Part shown: positions 35,393 to 46,065 of the stretch, in pieces
How the letters are laid out: each line of letters begins with the position of its first letter
How positions within the stretch are numbered: position 1 is the first letter of the stretch
NCBI GenBank assembly: GCA_047285305.1
Contig: JBJBDL010000003.1
Coordinates: 608,001-672,000, forward strand
Direction: 5' to 3'
DNA from: Synechococcus sp.
GTDB lineage: Bacteria; Cyanobacteriota; Cyanobacteriia; PCC-6307; Cyanobiaceae
Length of the DNA: 64,000 nucleotides
Notes under the pieces: generated by a model
Databases searched by the model: none
Told to the model about the DNA's origin: nothing
Seen by the model: the letters and a program-made list of their open reading frames with translations, nothing else
Translations under genes and position numbers: made by a program

Positions 35393-36765
35393 AGTTCCAG
35401 CTGGTCCGCCAGCACGGCCAGCTTCAGCCCCACTTCCTGAAGTTCCCGCTCGGCAACGGACCCCCGCACCAGGCCGGCGCCTGCTGTGAGATCCAGCTCA
35501 CAGCCCCGGGCGTGACCACAGCGGATCGCCACCCGCAGTTCGGCATCACCGGCGCTGTCGATCCAACCGATCGGTGCGGCATAGCTGCCCCGTTCAAACG
35601 GTTCGAGAGTGCGCAACCAGGCCATCGCGTCGCGGCGCGGCAACCCGGCAACGGCAGGGGTGGGGTGCAGTTGTTCGGCCAGCGTCAACACGGGCTGACC
35701 GTGGGTTTCGGCCGTGATCGGGGTGTGCAGGTGGGTGAGGTTGCCGTGACGGGCCAGTTGGGGTTGGCGGCGGCGGCGGGGGCTCAGTCCGTTGCGGCGC
35801 AGTTGGTCGGTGATGGTTTCAACCACCAACTCGTGCTCACGGCGGTCTTTATCGGAGCGCAGCAGCTGCGCTCCGGAATCTCCCTGCCCCGCCGTGCCAG
35901 CAAGGGCATCACTGCGCAGCCAACCGGCGCGCAGGCTGAGCAGTCGTTCCGGCGATGCACCAAAGAAGGCATCCCCGGCATGGCGCTGCCAGAGGAAGCG
36001 GCAGCTGCCGGCCTGTTGCCGCCGCAGCCGTTTCAACAGCGGCAGGGGGTTGAAGGTGTCGGCCAGAACGATGCGGTGCCGCACCGCCAGCACCAGTTTG
36101 TGCAGCTCGCCGCTCTTGACCAGATCAATGCCGCGGGTGAGGGCTGCGGCGTAGCGCTGCCGCCAGGTTTCCGGTTCCGTTGCCGCCACCAGCGCCTGGG
36201 GCTTCAGGGGGGTTGGCGTGGCTGGCGCCTTGAGCAGTTGTTCGTGCTTAAGCCAAAGCTGTTCCGCCAGCTCGCGGCAGTCCGCTGCACTGCTCACGAC
36301 CCCGTTCAGCCGCAGCCAGCCGCGGCGTCCCTGACGACTGAGCTGCCAGCGGGGCAGCACCGCCTGCACCGATGGAACCACCGCTTCACTGCGGCGGCGC
36401 TCACTCACCTGGTCAAAGAAGCGGAAGCGCAGCAGCACCCGAGGCCGCGCATGGGCTGGGCTGTCCGCTGCCGTGTCGTGCAGCCGGCTGAGGCAGAGGT
36501 CGGCGAAGCGTTGGGCCTGCTCAAAGCGACGGCTGCCAGCCAGCTCCAGTTCCTGGCAGGGCCCTGCGGCAGCCAGGCAGAGACCCGGCGCGCTGTCCCA
36601 CAGCACCTGCAAGCTCTCCTGTTCCGCCAGCTGCGGCAAGGCCAGAAGCGGATCGATCCCTTCGATCGGCAGGGCCAGACTGAGCAGCGCTTCATCGCCG
36701 TCACACGCCAACCATCCCCGCTGGGCAGCGGAGAGGAGGGTGCTGAAACAACGATCAGCCGACAT
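35359..36765 (-). CDS. menF: Isochorismate synthase
   Basis: Motifs [44 protein letters not shown]. Confidence 0.93.
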   Translation of the reverse strand: MSADRCFSTLLSAAQRGWLACDGDEALLSLALPIEGIDPLLALPQLAEQESLQVLWDSAPGLCLAAAGPCQELELAGSRRFEQAQRFADLCLSRLHDTAADSPAHARPRVLLRFRFFDQVSERRRSEAVVPSVQAVLPRWQLSRQGRRGWLRLNGVVSSAADCRELAEQLWLKHEQLLKAPATPTPLKPQALVAATEPETWRQRYAAALTRGIDLVKSGELHKLVLAVRHRIVLADTFNPLPLLKRLRRQQAGSCRFLWQRHAGDAFFGASPERLLSLRAGWLRSDALAGTAGQGDSGAQLLRSDKDRREHELVVETITDQLRRNGLSPRRRRQPQLARHGNLTHLHTPITAETHGQPVLTLAEQLHPTPAVAGLPRRDAMAWLRTLEPFERGSYAAPIGWIDSAGDAELRVAIRCGHARGCELDLTAGAGLVRGSVAERELQEVGLKLAVLADQLELQTSARNRSIV

Positions 36766-36835
36766 CCGCGGCGTTTCCGGCCAGGGTTACTGCTCAAATG
36801 TATGGGTCTTCGCCCTGTGGGAACGGGTCCTGTCC

Positions 36836-37780
36836 ATGTCTGAGCCGCAGGCTGTCGCATCCCGTTACGCCGATCGGCGCCGTTTGTGGAAGGCAGCGAT
36901 CAAGTGGCCGATGTATTCCGTCGCCGTGATGCCTGTGCTGCTGGCGGCTGGATGGCAGTTCGGGGTGGCGGGCTCCCTGCGCTGGTTGCAGCTGGGGGGC
37001 TTTGTGCTGGCGGCCATCCTGTTGCTGCTCTGGGAAAACCTCAGCAACGATGTATTTGATGCGGCCACGGGTGTGGATGCCACCGGCAAGCCCCATTCCG
37101 TGGTGAACCTCACCGGCCGCCGGGACCGTGTTGCGCAGGGGGCGACCGCTGCGCTGGTGCTGGGGTTGCTGGTGATGGCCGGGTTGGCCTGGAACAGCAG
37201 TGGGGCCGTGCTGGCCCTGGTGTTGGTGTGCTGCGGTCTGGGTTACGTGTACCAGGGCCCTCCCTTCCGCCTGGGCTACCGCGGCCTGGGTGAGCCCCTG
37301 TGCTGGCTGGCCTTTGGGCCCTTTGCTACTGCAGCGGCCTTGGTGGTGTTGCAACCAAGGGGCACGGTGTCGATTCCTTGGGGCACGGCCTGGATCTTGG
37401 GAGCAGGCCCCGCCCTGGCGACCACCCTGGTGTTGTTCTGCTCCCACTTCCATCAGGTGGAGGAGGACGCCGCCCACGGCAAGCGTTCGCCGGTGGTGCG
37501 TCTGGGCACGGCCCGGGCGGCGGCTTTGGTGCCCTGGTTCGTGGCATTGACGCTGGCGCTGGAGTGGGTGCCTGTGCTGCACGGGGACTGGCCACCGACG
37601 GTGTTGTTGAGCGCTCTTGGCCTTCCTGCCGGTGTGCAGCTGATGCGTCTGCTGCAGCGCCACCACGACCGGCCGGAGCTGATCAGCGGCAGCAAATTTC
37701 TGGCCTTGCTCTTCCAGGGCTGGAATGGTCTGGGCCTGAGTGCGGGCCTGGCACTGGCGCGCGTCTGGACGGGCGGATGA
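36836..37780 (+). CDS. menA: 1,4-dihydroxy-2-naphthoate phytyltransferase
   Basis: Motifs AAIKWPMYSVA, NLSNDVFD, YQGPPFRLGYRGLGE, HFHQVEED; multiple transmembrane helices. Confidence 0.95.
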   Translation: MSEPQAVASRYADRRRLWKAAIKWPMYSVAVMPVLLAAGWQFGVAGSLRWLQLGGFVLAAILLLLWENLSNDVFDAATGVDATGKPHSVVNLTGRRDRVAQGATAALVLGLLVMAGLAWNSSGAVLALVLVCCGLGYVYQGPPFRLGYRGLGEPLCWLAFGPFATAAALVVLQPRGTVSIPWGTAWILGAGPALATTLVLFCSHFHQVEEDAAHGKRSPVVRLGTARAAALVPWFVALTLALEWVPVLHGDWPPTVLLSALGLPAGVQLMRLLQRHHDRPELISGSKFLALLFQGWNGLGLSAGLALARVWTGG

Positions 37781-38745
37781 CGCTCCGGCTGCAGCGTCGC
37801 CGCTTCCGCTTTGCCCTGCTGCAGCCGGTGCGCACGGCAGCCGGTGAGCTGCGGGAGCGCTGTGGCTGGTTGCTGCGGTTGGATGATGCTCAGGGGGCCG
37901 TGGGCTGGGGCGAAGTGGCTCCGCTGCAGCAGCAGCAGTTCTCGGCCTGTGAGCAGGCTCTCGCAGCGCTGCCGGACGAGCTTCCTCAGGCTCAGTTGGA
38001 GGCTGTGTTGCGGGAGGCCCCAGGGCCGATCGGTTTTGGCCTTGGGGCGGCGCTGGCGGAGCTGCAGGGTGTGGTCGGCGCTGCTGCGCCCCAGGGCTGG
38101 CTGAAGGCTCCTGCCCCGGCGCTGTTGCTGCCGGCTGGCGAGGCGATGCTTTCGGCTCTGGAGGTTGCTTCGGCATCGATGGGTGGCCTGGAGCGCTGCA
38201 CCTTCAAGTGGAAGGTGGCCACGGCGCCGGATGGCCTGGAGCGTCAGCTGCTCGAGCAGTTGCTCCAGCGCTTGCCACCCACGGCCCGGCTGCGTCTGGA
38301 TGCCAACGGCGGCTGGGATCGCAGCACGGCTGAGGCCTGGATGCAGCGGTTGCGCGATGACCCTCGCTTGGACTGGTTGGAGCAGCCGCTGGCGGTGGAG
38401 GATCAAGCCGGCCTGGATCAGTTGGCGGCGCTGGGGCCGGTGGCCCTCGATGAATCGCTTCACCAGCACCCCGAGCTGCGCAGCAGCTGGAGCGGCTGGC
38501 AGGTGCGTCGGCCCGCGCTGGAGGGCGATCCCCGCTTGCTGTTGTGGGAGCTGCAGGCGGGGCTGCCCCAACGGATGCTGAGCACGGCGTTTGAAACCGG
38601 CATCGGTCGGCGCTGGCTGGAGCATCTGGCCGGGCTTCAGGCCCAGGGGCCCACGCCGGCAGCACCGGGCCTGGCCCCCGGCTGGACGCCAGCGGGCCCG
38701 ATGTTCTCCAACGATCCAGAGCAGGTCTGGGCCGCGGCGGCATGA
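37777..38745 (+). CDS. menC: o-succinylbenzoate synthase
   Basis: Motifs GWGEVAPL, KWKV, LRLDANGGW, WLEQP, VALDES; lies within the men cluster. Confidence 0.9.
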   Translation: MTLRLQRRRFRFALLQPVRTAAGELRERCGWLLRLDDAQGAVGWGEVAPLQQQQFSACEQALAALPDELPQAQLEAVLREAPGPIGFGLGAALAELQGVVGAAAPQGWLKAPAPALLLPAGEAMLSALEVASASMGGLERCTFKWKVATAPDGLERQLLEQLLQRLPPTARLRLDANGGWDRSTAEAWMQRLRDDPRLDWLEQPLAVEDQAGLDQLAALGPVALDESLHQHPELRSSWSGWQVRRPALEGDPRLLLWELQAGLPQRMLSTAFETGIGRRWLEHLAGLQAQGPTPAAPGLAPGWTPAGPMFSNDPEQVWAAAA

Positions 38746-39908
38746 GCGAGCTCGAGCGGCTGGAGCAGGGGCTGGCGGCAGGGCAGTGGGTGCCCCTCTC
38801 GCCTGAGGCGGACGCGGCCCCCATCGCACAATTGCCTCCGGGCCCGGGGGTGCTGGTGCGCAGTGGTGGCAGCAGTGGCGGCAGCCGTTGCTGCGCCCAG
38901 CCGTCGCTGCATCTTGACCGTTCGGCCGCAGCCACTGCCCATTGGTTGACGGGCATCGGCGTTGACCCCGCCTCCACCCTGCTGCTCAATCCTCTGCCGC
39001 TGGCCCATGTGAGTGGTCTGATGCCCTGGTGGCGCAGCCGCTGCTGGGGCGCGGGGCATCAACAGCTGGCGCCGGGGTTGATGAAAACCCCCAGCGAACT
39101 GCTCGTGTTCTGTCAGGGATTGCCCGCTTGGGGCAAGAACCCTGCCGTGCTGTCGTTGGTGCCCACGCAGCTGGCACGCCTGCTGGCCCATCCCGATGGG
39201 GTGGCCTTTCTGCAGCGGCAGCAGTTGATCTGGATCGGTGGCGCTGCTCTTCCGGCGCCGTTGGCGGATCAGGCGCGTGCCTTGCAGCTGCCGCTGGCGC
39301 CCTGTTATGGGTCGACGGAGACGGCTGCGATGGTGGCGGCGCTGCCGCCAGACCGCTTTATGGCCGGTGAGCCCGGTTGTGGGGACCCGCTGGTGGATGT
39401 GGAGCTGCGGCTGGCCGCTGATGGGGCGCTTCAGGTGCGCACCGATCGGTTGGCGCTGGGTTGTTGGCGGGCGGATGAGCCGGATCGGTGGGAACCGCTC
39501 GGGGATGGCGATGGCTGGTGGCGTTCCGGGGATCAGGCCGCGTTGACCCCAGGCCTTCAGATTGCGGGGCGCATCGATGGCGCCATTCACTCCGGTGGGG
39601 AAACCGTGTTCCCTGAACAGCTGGAGCAGCGCTTGATGGTGGCGCTGCAGGCTGCATCGCTCCCGGTGAGCGCCGTGCTGCTTCTTGCTGTGATTGATCC
39701 GGAGTGGGGGCAGCGGCTGGTGGCCCTGGTGGGCAGTTCTGATGCTGCGGTGCTGCAGCGGCTTGAGGCCCTCACTCGGCCTTGGCCGCCTGCGGAGACG
39801 CCACGGCGTTGGGTGTTGTGCCCTGACCTGGCCCCCTCAGCGCTGGGGAAATGGCAACGCCAGCGCTGGCGGGAGTGGTTAGAGCGGTTGGATGCGGCCG
39901 AGGCTTGA
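38742..39908 (+). CDS. menE: o-succinylbenzoate--CoA ligase
   Basis: Adenylation motifs SGGSSG, LPLAHVSG, SLVPTQL, YGSTET, GRIDGAIHSGGE, GKW. Confidence 0.88.
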   Translation: MSELERLEQGLAAGQWVPLSPEADAAPIAQLPPGPGVLVRSGGSSGGSRCCAQPSLHLDRSAAATAHWLTGIGVDPASTLLLNPLPLAHVSGLMPWWRSRCWGAGHQQLAPGLMKTPSELLVFCQGLPAWGKNPAVLSLVPTQLARLLAHPDGVAFLQRQQLIWIGGAALPAPLADQARALQLPLAPCYGSTETAAMVAALPPDRFMAGEPGCGDPLVDVELRLAADGALQVRTDRLALGCWRADEPDRWEPLGDGDGWWRSGDQAALTPGLQIAGRIDGAIHSGGETVFPEQLEQRLMVALQAASLPVSAVLLLAVIDPEWGQRLVALVGSSDAAVLQRLEALTRPWPPAETPRRWVLCPDLAPSALGKWQRQRWREWLERLDAAEA

Positions 39909-40328
39909 TGCTTCCAGCCAACGGTCCACGCCATCGGGCAGGGCACAGCGGCGCCGGGTTTGGGCATCGATGGCCACATGACGCAGGCAGCCTTTGGCCA
40001 CCAGCTGCTCCTCCAGCAGCACCTGGCTGTTCACCGCAAAACTGCTCGGATCGAGCCGTTCCGGTTCCAAGCGAATTAGCAGTTGGTCGCCCAGCTGCAC
40101 CGGGGCGCGGAAATCGGCATGGCAGTGCACGATCGGCAAGGCCACGCTCGGTTGCTCTCCGCGGCCGCCAGGGAAGACTGAACCCGCCGGCAGGCCAAAG
40201 CGTTCCAGGCTTTCCTCCCAGGCCTGGTGGCACCACCCCAGCAGCTGCTGGAAGTGCATCACGCCGGCGGCGTCGGTGTCGCTGAAGCGCACGGTTCGAC
40301 TCAGCTCCAGCCAGGGGGCAGAGGTCAT
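39879..40328 (-). CDS. Hotdog-fold thioesterase, probable DHNA-CoA hydrolase
   Basis: Motifs VRFSDTDAAGVMHF and LPIVHCHADF; adjacent to the men genes. Confidence 0.85.
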   Translation of the reverse strand: MTSAPWLELSRTVRFSDTDAAGVMHFQQLLGWCHQAWEESLERFGLPAGSVFPGGRGEQPSVALPIVHCHADFRAPVQLGDQLLIRLEPERLDPSSFAVNSQVLLEEQLVAKGCLRHVAIDAQTRRRCALPDGVDRWLEASSLGRIQPL

Positions 40329-40387
40329 GGCGATGTGTTGTTCAAGCCGGTGCCGACTGTCACCCTGACAGAAATCCCGCCCGAACC

Positions 40388-41065
40388 ATGGCCGCGCCGA
40401 TCGCCTTCGAGCCTCCGTCCATTCAGAAGGCCTGGCAGGCCTTTCTGCAGCACATCCCTGTGGTGCTGGTGAGCTGGGTGGGCTCAATCGTGCTGTCGCT
40501 GCTGGCTGTTCTGGCGTACGGCCTGATCATCGTTGCCGTGTCGGCGATCATCGGCAGCAGTGATGCGGCATTGGGGCTCGGAGCGGTGCTCGCCCAATTG
40601 GTTCAGTTGCCCTTCTCCATCCTCGCCAGCCTGTTGTCGGTGCTGCTGGTGGCCGTTCCTGCCCTGTACTACGAGCGCGGTCAGGTGGTGACGATTTCAA
40701 CGGCGGCTCAGCTGCTCACCGGCCGTTGGTGGCGTTATGTGCTGGCTGGGCTGTTCTTTTCGCTGGTCACCACCATTGGATTTCTGCTCTGCATCCTTCC
40801 CGGGATTGCCGTGGCGTTGGTGACGCCAGTGTTCGTGAATCGCATCTTTGTCACCGACATTGGCATCGGTGAAGCCTTCTCCCAGTCGTTTCAGGTGGTG
40901 TATCGCTCGGAAAACGGCTTGAGCTACGTGGGGCTTGAGGTTTTGACGGGCATCGTTGTGGGGCTGCTGGCCCTGGCGACCTGCGGTCTGGGGGGCTTTG
41001 TGGTGATTCCCATGGCCAGCTTCTTCCTTCAGAACGTCGCCTATCAGCGCGGACTGTTGCGCTGA
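40388..41065 (+). CDS. Hypothetical multi-pass membrane protein
   Basis: 225-aa hydrophobic ORF with GFLLCILPG and TCGLG motifs. Confidence 0.75.
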   Translation: MAAPIAFEPPSIQKAWQAFLQHIPVVLVSWVGSIVLSLLAVLAYGLIIVAVSAIIGSSDAALGLGAVLAQLVQLPFSILASLLSVLLVAVPALYYERGQVVTISTAAQLLTGRWWRYVLAGLFFSLVTTIGFLLCILPGIAVALVTPVFVNRIFVTDIGIGEAFSQSFQVVYRSENGLSYVGLEVLTGIVVGLLALATCGLGGFVVIPMASFFLQNVAYQRGLLR

Positions 41066-41069
41066 TCGC

Positions 41070-41432
41070 TCAGCCGCTGGGCCAGCTGTTGGTGCTCAGG
41101 CGCAGCAGCCAGTAGCTGATCAACCCTCCAGCCACCAACGGCAGGGGCCAGAGGGGAAGACCTCTGGGGATGAGACGCCGTTGCTGGAGCGCCAACACAC
41201 TCCAGAACACCAGCCCCAGGGCGGCAACGGGGCCAAACAGATGCCATTGCAGCGATCGGCTTAGATCACCGGTGAGTGCTGCCCCCGTCGCGCGGGTCAG
41301 AAAGCAGGTGGGGCAGGGCACACCGGTGAGGGCGCGAAGCGGGCAGCTGAGGCCGGGTATCCCTGGATGCAAGCCCTTCAGCCATAACGCACCTGTCAAG
41401 GTTGCGGGCAGCAGGTAACCCGTGCGTTGCAA
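41070..41432 (-). CDS. DUF2752-family membrane protein
   Basis: CPLRALTGVPCPTCFLTRA motif plus transmembrane helices. Start uncertain. Confidence 0.8.
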   Translation of the reverse strand: MQRTGYLLPATLTGALWLKGLHPGIPGLSCPLRALTGVPCPTCFLTRATGAALTGDLSRSLQWHLFGPVAALGLVFWSVLALQQRRLIPRGLPLWPLPLVAGGLISYWLLRLSTNSWPSG

Positions 41433-41456
41433 CCGCCGCAGAAACCGGTTCAGAGA

Positions 41457-42641
41457 TCAGCGATCCACCGATCCCATGATCACGTCGATGGAACCGAGGA
41501 TGGCCATGATGTCGGCCACCTTGTGTCCCTTGAGGATGTGGGGAAGGATCTGCAGGTTGTTGCTGTCGGCAGCACGGATCTTGAAGCGCCAGGGGGTGAC
41601 GTCGTTGTTGCCCTGGATGAACACGCCGATCTCGCCCTTGCCTGACTCCAACCGGGTGTAGAGCTCGCCGTTGGGGATCTTGAAGGTGGGCGCCACCTTC
41701 TTGGCCACGTACTGGAAGTCGAAACCAGCGGCGTCGCTGCCCTTGCCTTCGTTGAGGCGTTTGGCCTCGAGGTTTTCAGTGGGGCCGCCGGGGATCATGT
41801 CGCAGGCTTGGCGCAGGATCTTGAGCGACTGGCGCATTTCTTCGATGCGCACGCGATAGCGGGCATAGCAGTCGCCTTCCTTCTCCCAGGCCACCTGCCA
41901 GTCGAAGTCGTCGTAGCACTCGTAGTGATCCACCTTGCGGAGATCCCAGGGCACGCCGGAAGCGCGCAGCATCGGGCCGGAGAGGCTCCAGTTGATGGCG
42001 TCTTCCTTCTCGATCGTTCCCAACCCTTCAATCCGGCGCCGGAAAATCGGGTTGTTGGTGATCAGCTTTTCGTATTCATCGATCTTGGGGCCAAACCAGT
42101 CGCAGAAATCACGGCATTTCTCCAGCCAGCCCCAGGGCAGATCTGCGGCAACGCCGCCGATGCGGAAATAGTTGTTGTTGATGAGCCGCTGGCCGGTGGC
42201 GGCTTCCCATAGGTCGTAGATCATCTCCCGCTCACGGAAGATGTAGAAGAACGGGGTCTGGGCCCCCACGTCTGCCAGGAAGGGTCCAAGCCAGAGCAGG
42301 TGGTTGGCGATGCGGTTGAGTTCCAGCATCAGCACCCGGATATAGCTCGCCCGCTTGGGCACCGGGATGTTCGCCAGTTTTTCTGGGGCGTTCACCACGA
42401 TCGCCTCGTAGAACATCCCCGCCGCGTAGTCCATGCGGCTCACGTAGGGCACGAACATCACGTTCGTGCGGTTCTCGGCGATCTTCTCCATGCCGCGATG
42501 GAGGTAACCGATCACCGGTTCGCAGTCGACTACATCCTCACCATCAAGGGTGACCACGAGCCGCAGCACCCCGTGCATGGAGGGGTGGTGGGGCCCGAAG
42601 TTCACCACCATGGGCTCCGTGCGCGTTTCCAGCTGCGTCAT
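41457..42641 (-). CDS. ndhH: NAD(P)H-quinone oxidoreductase subunit H
   Basis: Motifs [25 protein letters not shown]-terminal MGSVDR. Confidence 0.99.
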   Translation of the reverse strand: MTQLETRTEPMVVNFGPHHPSMHGVLRLVVTLDGEDVVDCEPVIGYLHRGMEKIAENRTNVMFVPYVSRMDYAAGMFYEAIVVNAPEKLANIPVPKRASYIRVLMLELNRIANHLLWLGPFLADVGAQTPFFYIFREREMIYDLWEAATGQRLINNNYFRIGGVAADLPWGWLEKCRDFCDWFGPKIDEYEKLITNNPIFRRRIEGLGTIEKEDAINWSLSGPMLRASGVPWDLRKVDHYECYDDFDWQVAWEKEGDCYARYRVRIEEMRQSLKILRQACDMIPGGPTENLEAKRLNEGKGSDAAGFDFQYVAKKVAPTFKIPNGELYTRLESGKGEIGVFIQGNNDVTPWRFKIRAADSNNLQILPHILKGHKVADIMAILGSIDVIMGSVDR

Positions 42642-42695
42642 GGGAGCCGTGGTCCGATCGATGAGTAGATCTTAAGGAGTCTTCGCCTGCGGCTT

Positions 42696-43580
42696 GTGCC
42701 CCCCTTCAGCCATGTGCCCGTGCTGGCCGATGCGGTGCTGGATGCGGCCCGGCAGATTCCCCGTGCGAATGGGCTGTTGATCGACGCCACCCTTGGCGGC
42801 GGCGGCCACAGCGCCCTTTTGCTGGAACAGCATCCCGGCCTGCGCCTGATCGGTCTGGACCAGGACGCCACGGCCCGGGCCGCGGCAGCGGAGCGTCTGG
42901 CCCCGTTCGGCGATCGCGTCTCGATCGTGGCCACCAACTTTGCCGACTATGTGCCGCCCGAGCCCGCCGTGATGGTGCTAGCGGATCTGGGGGTGAGCAG
43001 CCCGCAGCTGGATGTGGCGGAGCGGGGCTTCAGCTTTCGCCTGGATGGTCCCTTGGACATGCGGATGAATGCCGGCGGGGAGGGGGAGACCGCGGCTGAG
43101 CTGATTGATCGCCTGGAGGAGAACGAGCTGGCGGATCTGATCTATGGCTATGGGGAGGAGCGGCTCTCCCGTCGTATCGCTCGGCGGATCAAAGCGGACC
43201 TCAAGGACAAGGGCTCCTATGAGGGCACCGCGGCCTTGGCCTACGCCGTGGCCGGTTGCTATCCCCCCAAGGCGCGGCGGGGGCGGATTCACCCCGCCAC
43301 TCGCACCTTTCAGGCCCTGCGGATTGCGGTGAACGATGAGCTAGGGGTGCTGGATCGCCTGTTGCAGCAAGCCCCCGACTGGCTCGAGCCCGAGGGGCTT
43401 CTGGGGATCATCAGCTTCCATTCCCTGGAAGACCGCCGCGTCAAGACTGCTTTCCTGCGCGATGAGCGCTTGCAGCGGATCACCCGCAAGCCGGTGGTGG
43501 CCACCGAGCAGGAGGAGGAGGCCAACCCCCGCAGCCGCAGTGCCAAATGGCGTGTGGCCCAGCGTTTGCCCCCTGCTTAG
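42696..43580 (+). CDS. rsmH: 16S rRNA m4C1402 methyltransferase
   Basis: Motifs [53 protein letters not shown]. Confidence 0.98.
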   Translation: MPPFSHVPVLADAVLDAARQIPRANGLLIDATLGGGGHSALLLEQHPGLRLIGLDQDATARAAAAERLAPFGDRVSIVATNFADYVPPEPAVMVLADLGVSSPQLDVAERGFSFRLDGPLDMRMNAGGEGETAAELIDRLEENELADLIYGYGEERLSRRIARRIKADLKDKGSYEGTAALAYAVAGCYPPKARRGRIHPATRTFQALRIAVNDELGVLDRLLQQAPDWLEPEGLLGIISFHSLEDRRVKTAFLRDERLQRITRKPVVATEQEEEANPRSRSAKWRVAQRLPPA

Positions 43581-44749
43581 CGACTGCTGAAGAACCCGGT
43601 GGCAGTTGCGGCGTCGGTGATCGCTGAGATGGCCTGATCCACGTCGCTGGCTGTGGTCTCGCGCCCCAGGCTGAGCCGCAGGGAGGCTTCGGCTTCTGCC
43701 CGCGAGCGGCCGATCGCCTGGAGCACGTGGGATGGCGAGCCGTTGCTGCAGGCGGAGCCGCTGCTGCAGGCCAGGTGCGGTCGCAGGGCCCGGTGCAGGC
43801 GGCTGCCGTTCACCCTGGGCAGGCTGATGTTGAGGTTGTGGGGCAAGCGCGGCTGCAGGGCCCCATTGAGCAGCACACCGGGGAGGCGCTGTTGCAGGCC
43901 CTCCCACAGCTGATCGCGCAGGTGCTGTAGACGGCTGTTGCGCTGATCCTGCTCCTGCAGCGCGAGGCGGGCGGCAGCGGCAAAGCCCACGATCAAGGCG
44001 GTGGGCAGGGTGCCGGCCCGCAGCCCCGCTTCCTGGCCGCCCCCCCACTGCAGCGGTTCGATGGCGATGCCCTCCCGCAGCACCAGGGCGCCGATGCCCT
44101 TGGGTCCGTAGATCTTGTGGGCACTTAGGCTGAGCAGATCAACCCTCAGGGCATCAGGGTTCAGCGGCAGCGTTCCGAAGGCCTGGGCCCCATCGCTGTG
44201 CAGGGTGATGCCATGGGCCCGGCAGAGGGCACCCAGCGGCTCAAGCGGCTGGAGCACGCCGATTTCGTTGTTGGCCGCCATCACGCTCACCAGCCGCGTT
44301 TCAGGGGTGATTGCCTCCTCCAGCTGCTCGGGGCTGATCAGTCCATCGGGGCCTGGGGGCAGCAGCGTGACGCTGAACCCTTCCCGTTGCAGTTGCTGGA
44401 GCGGATCGAGCACGGCGTGGTGTTCGGTGGCCACGCTGATCAGATGCGCCTTGCCAAGTGCGCGGGCATGGCCCAGCAGGGCCAGGTTGTTGGCTTCGGT
44501 GGCTCCACTGGTGAACACCAGCCGTTCCGGCTTCACCCCCACCGCTTCCGCCAGCCGGCGCCGCGCCACGTTCACCGCGGCAGAGGCGCTGAGGCCGAGC
44601 CGATGCTGGCGGCTTGAGGCATTGCCCCAGTCCGCACTCCAGAAGGGCGCCATCGCCTCCACCACCTCAGCCGCACAGGGGGTGGTGGCTTGGAAATCAA
44701 AGGCGAGAGCCGAGCCGCTCAGGACGATGCAGGCAGATGTTGCGATCAT
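43577..44749 (-). CDS. Cysteine desulfurase (IscS/NifS family)
   Basis: Motifs [37 protein letters not shown]. Start uncertain. Confidence 0.93.
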   Translation of the reverse strand: MIATSACIVLSGSALAFDFQATTPCAAEVVEAMAPFWSADWGNASSRQHRLGLSASAAVNVARRRLAEAVGVKPERLVFTSGATEANNLALLGHARALGKAHLISVATEHHAVLDPLQQLQREGFSVTLLPPGPDGLISPEQLEEAITPETRLVSVMAANNEIGVLQPLEPLGALCRAHGITLHSDGAQAFGTLPLNPDALRVDLLSLSAHKIYGPKGIGALVLREGIAIEPLQWGGGQEAGLRAGTLPTALIVGFAAAARLALQEQDQRNSRLQHLRDQLWEGLQQRLPGVLLNGALQPRLPHNLNISLPRVNGSRLHRALRPHLACSSGSACSNGSPSHVLQAIGRSRAEAEASLRLSLGRETTASDVDQAISAITDAATATGFFSSR

Positions 44750-44775
44750 GGTGCTGCATTGCGAACAGCACTGGC

Positions 44776-45288
44776 ATGGGTCTGCGATTGGCAATGGCAC
44801 TGCTGGGCCTGAGCGGGCTCGTGTGCCTGCAACCCGCCAGTGGCTTCGACCGTGAGCAGGTGCTGGAGCAGATGCGGCAATCGCGGCCAGCCGATCTCAA
44901 GGTGCTGATCGAACGCCCTGCCCCTGTTGGCACCCTGTCGATCGGCATCTATGCGGTGAAACCAGCCTCGTCCAATCCCGACACCCGCAGCTATCAGTTG
45001 TGGGAGGAGTCGGCATCGGATCTGAACGTCTATGTGGAGAGCGTCAATTGCTCCCCAGAGAAGCCCTTGCGGGTCAAACGCACGCCGTCGACGGTTTATG
45101 TGCGCACCCTCAACCCCGGCGGTCCGATCACGGACGTGAACCGGGAGGATCACCTGGTGTGGTGGGCGGCCTGTGTGCCGGAGGTGGCGGGAACCGACCC
45201 TGCCACGTTGCGTCAGAAGGCTCTGGATCTGGGCTTTTCAACCCTGATTCCCGAACAGCAGGAGCAGTTACCCGCACTGGCCCGTTGA
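44776..45288 (+). CDS. Hypothetical exported protein
   Basis: ATG at 44776 followed by a signal-peptide-like stretch; occupies otherwise empty space. Confidence 0.7.
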   Translation: MGLRLAMALLGLSGLVCLQPASGFDREQVLEQMRQSRPADLKVLIERPAPVGTLSIGIYAVKPASSNPDTRSYQLWEESASDLNVYVESVNCSPEKPLRVKRTPSTVYVRTLNPGGPITDVNREDHLVWWAACVPEVAGTDPATLRQKALDLGFSTLIPEQQEQLPALAR

Positions 45289-45327
45289 GCGTGCTCTCCA
45301 TACATTGCGGCCAGAGCGATTCCAGCC

Positions 45328-46065
45328 ATGAGCGACGCGCCCACCCCGACTGCTGAATCCGTAGAGGCCGCGGCGCCCGCCCCGCGTCTGTTGCTGGTGG
45401 ACGACGAGCCCGGTCTGCGCACGGCGGTGCAGGCCTACCTGGAAGACGAGGGCTTTGAGGTGACCACCGCGGTGGACGGGGAGGAAGGCTTCGCCAAGGC
45501 GCAGCAGATGCTGCCGGATGTGGTGATCAGCGACGTGATGATGCCGCGGCTGGATGGCTATGGCCTGCTGCAGAAGTTGCGCGCCGATGAACGGCTTGGT
45601 GGCACCCCGGTGATTTTCCTCACCGCCAAGGGCATGACGGCGGACCGCACCCAGGGCTATCTGGCCGGGGTGGATGACTACATCCCCAAGCCGTTCGATC
45701 CCGATGAGCTGGTGGCGCGGGTGCGCAACGTGGCCCAGCGCCAGCAACGGCTGCTGCAGGAGGCAGCGCGCTTTGCGGATACCGATATGGGCCAGATGGC
45801 TAAGCAGATCACCGAGATCCGTTCGCTGCTGGCCCAGGCCGAAGCGTTGCCCTCCACCGAGCCGGTGGTGCACAGCTTCACGCCGCGGGAGGCGAGTGTG
45901 CTGCAGCTGGTGGCGGAAGGATTGATGAACAAGGAGATTGCCCGGCAGCTGGAGACGTCGATCCGCAACGTGGAGAAGTACGTGAGCCGGCTGTTCAACA
46001 AGACGGGCACCTCCAGCCGCACGGAATTGGTGCGCTATGCCCTGGAGCACCGTCTGGTTACTTGA
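45328..46065 (+). CDS. NarL/LuxR-family response regulator (Rre1/Ycf29-like)
   Basis: Receiver domain (LVDDE, SDVMMP, KPF) plus LuxR HTH (TPREASVLQLVAEGLMNKEIA). Confidence 0.92.
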   Translation: MSDAPTPTAESVEAAAPAPRLLLVDDEPGLRTAVQAYLEDEGFEVTTAVDGEEGFAKAQQMLPDVVISDVMMPRLDGYGLLQKLRADERLGGTPVIFLTAKGMTADRTQGYLAGVDDYIPKPFDPDELVARVRNVAQRQQRLLQEAARFADTDMGQMAKQITEIRSLLAQAEALPSTEPVVHSFTPREASVLQLVAEGLMNKEIARQLETSIRNVEKYVSRLFNKTGTSSRTELVRYALEHRLVT

